Source: Octopus sinensis | Taxonomy: Eukaryota | Length of the DNA stretch: 64,000 nt | Assembly: GCF_006345805.1 (NCBI RefSeq) | Contig: NC_042999.1 | Location: 44,578,001-44,642,000 of the forward strand | Reading direction: 5' to 3' | In this document: one piece after another, positions 62,293-64,000 of the stretch | Layout: each line of letters begins with the position of its first letter | How positions within the stretch are numbered: position 1 is the first letter of the stretch | Made by a program: the position numbers and the translations under genes | Notes under the pieces: generated by a model | The model's database searches: none | What the model was told of the DNA's origin: nothing | The model's input: only the letters and a program-made list of their open reading frames with translations

Positions 62293-64000
62293 GTAGGTGT
62301 ATTGGTAAAAGCATGGTTTTGAGGCTAGCACAGTCATCTGAATTATGACTGATGCATAGTCATGTGGGCAGTTTTTTTTGCAATATTTCTTTTGTTATAA
62401 ATTTGTGTTTATAAAGTGTATAATTTAATTCATGTCAATGTTTATGTCTAGATTGTTAAGAGGTAGACTTCAAAACCATATGGCTTTGTGGTCAGTCCAC
62501 GTGTGTGGTACTTTGGGCAAGAATTTTTATGATAACTCCAGACTGACTGAGTGGTAAACAGGTGAACAAAAACTGAAAGAAACCTACATGCACATGAACA
62601 TATGTACATGCATACATGCACACGTTCACGCGTGCACACACACACACACACACACACACATTATCATCATCATCATCATCATTTAATGTCCACATTTCTT
62701 TGCTTGCTTCAGTCAGATGGAATTTATTGAGGCAGATTTTCTGCTTCTGGATGTCCTTGTTGCCAACCCTCACCTGCTTCCAAGCAAGGTAATATTTCCC
62801 CATGGCTAAATATGGCTTTCATGGTATATGTATATGTGCATGTACATGAGTGTGTGTGTGTGTGTGTATGTGTTCATACCCCTTTGTCTTGACATTAAAT
62901 GCCAATTCTAAACGAATGTTACCAGTATCATACAAGCAGTGTTGGTCAATAGGAATCTTCTGTGAAAACGTGTCTAGCCATTGGGCTGTTTGTGTTCAAA
63001 GGACTAGGAGAAATATTGCCTAACTTGACAAAAGATAAGGGTTTTGTTGTAGTTTAGTAATCAACCAGATATTGAGTTGGTAATTTGACAGAGTTGGTAA
63101 GAACATTTGACTGAATGTTTTGTGATATTTATTCCAGTTCTATGTGCACTGAGTTCACATCTTTGCTTTTCATTCATGGGTGGGGGTCAATAAAAATGTA
63201 ACAATCCAAAACAGACAATTGACAGAACTGTAAGAATGTCAGACATTCTTACAATTCTAGATACCTTGTGGTGTTTCTTTGTGGCTCCTTGTGTTCAGTT
63301 CATTACACATGGTGAGACATGAGTTCAAATCCCATCATGGCCTACTTGTTTTTGTTTGCTCCTTCTCGAGCCATACTTGGCTCATAAGGGCCAGTTTCCT
63401 GGTTTCCTTGGCATATAGGTTTCCCACCTGAACTTGGGGTGGGTGGGTAAATTTAACATTTTGTCTAGTTTAATACCACCATCTGGCAACTTGGATGTCT
63501 TACGTGGAGCCCAATCTCTTGTAAGATTTCAAACTAGTCTTTGATTTTAGGATACCTAGAATGCCTACTTTTTCCTGTTCCCACCAGTATCAGAAGCCCT
63601 GTAATGGGTTAGGGTTATGGACACTACCTACTCCCCTCATGAAAAAAATAAGACCTTCCCACCCAAAAAGAAGATATACAGTTCAAGTATTAACCCCTTA
63701 ACATTTAAACTGGCCAAAATATTTTACCTGTTTTATGTCTAAACTGTTCAGATCTGACCCCTCATACTTATCCTACAATGTCATTCTAAAAACAACCTCA
63801 TCATCAAAGTCTTGAAGCTACAAGGTAATGTATGACTAATTCAAAACAATGTGAATATATAAACATTACATTTGACAAAATGATCTCAATGCAAATGGGT
63901 TCAATAATAAAGAAGGCTGAGGGTGTCTTGGCATCACTCACCAAGTCCTTTGTAAGCCACTCTCTGGCTATCTATCTGCGGCTTTATATAGTTATGGTGC

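Overview
AT-rich, microsatellite-dense animal DNA. The SINE families and repeat landscape point to an octopus/coleoid cephalopod (inference). The only host gene I can support is the 3' end of a ZC3H18-like gene on the + strand: three coding exons (1474-1853, 3620-3728, 4582-4979), a Q25-P-H11 tract and a probable ~3 kb 3'UTR. The rest is a repeat mosaic. It holds a very young CsRn1-type Ty3/Gypsy LTR element (16382-21455), a Merlin transposon with TIRs and an 8-bp TSD, pogo, mariner, hAT, piggyBac and Helitron-like derivatives, CR1-, RTE- and I-like LINE remnants, several tRNA- or RTE-related SINE families and many long inverted repeats. The most striking signal is a set of six hammerhead-ribozyme-like motifs in short non-coding elements, five of them next to (TA)n/(CA)n tracts. 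They are: an intact type I hammerhead between 163-bp direct repeats (60707-60803); three minimal motifs of the kind found in Penelope-like elements (PLEs), with core substitutions (10211, 56332, 58086); a candidate non-circularly permuted, pseudoknotted hammerhead with a complete core (53027-53088); and a truncated relative of it (44015-44061). All folds were done by eye and no database search was possible.
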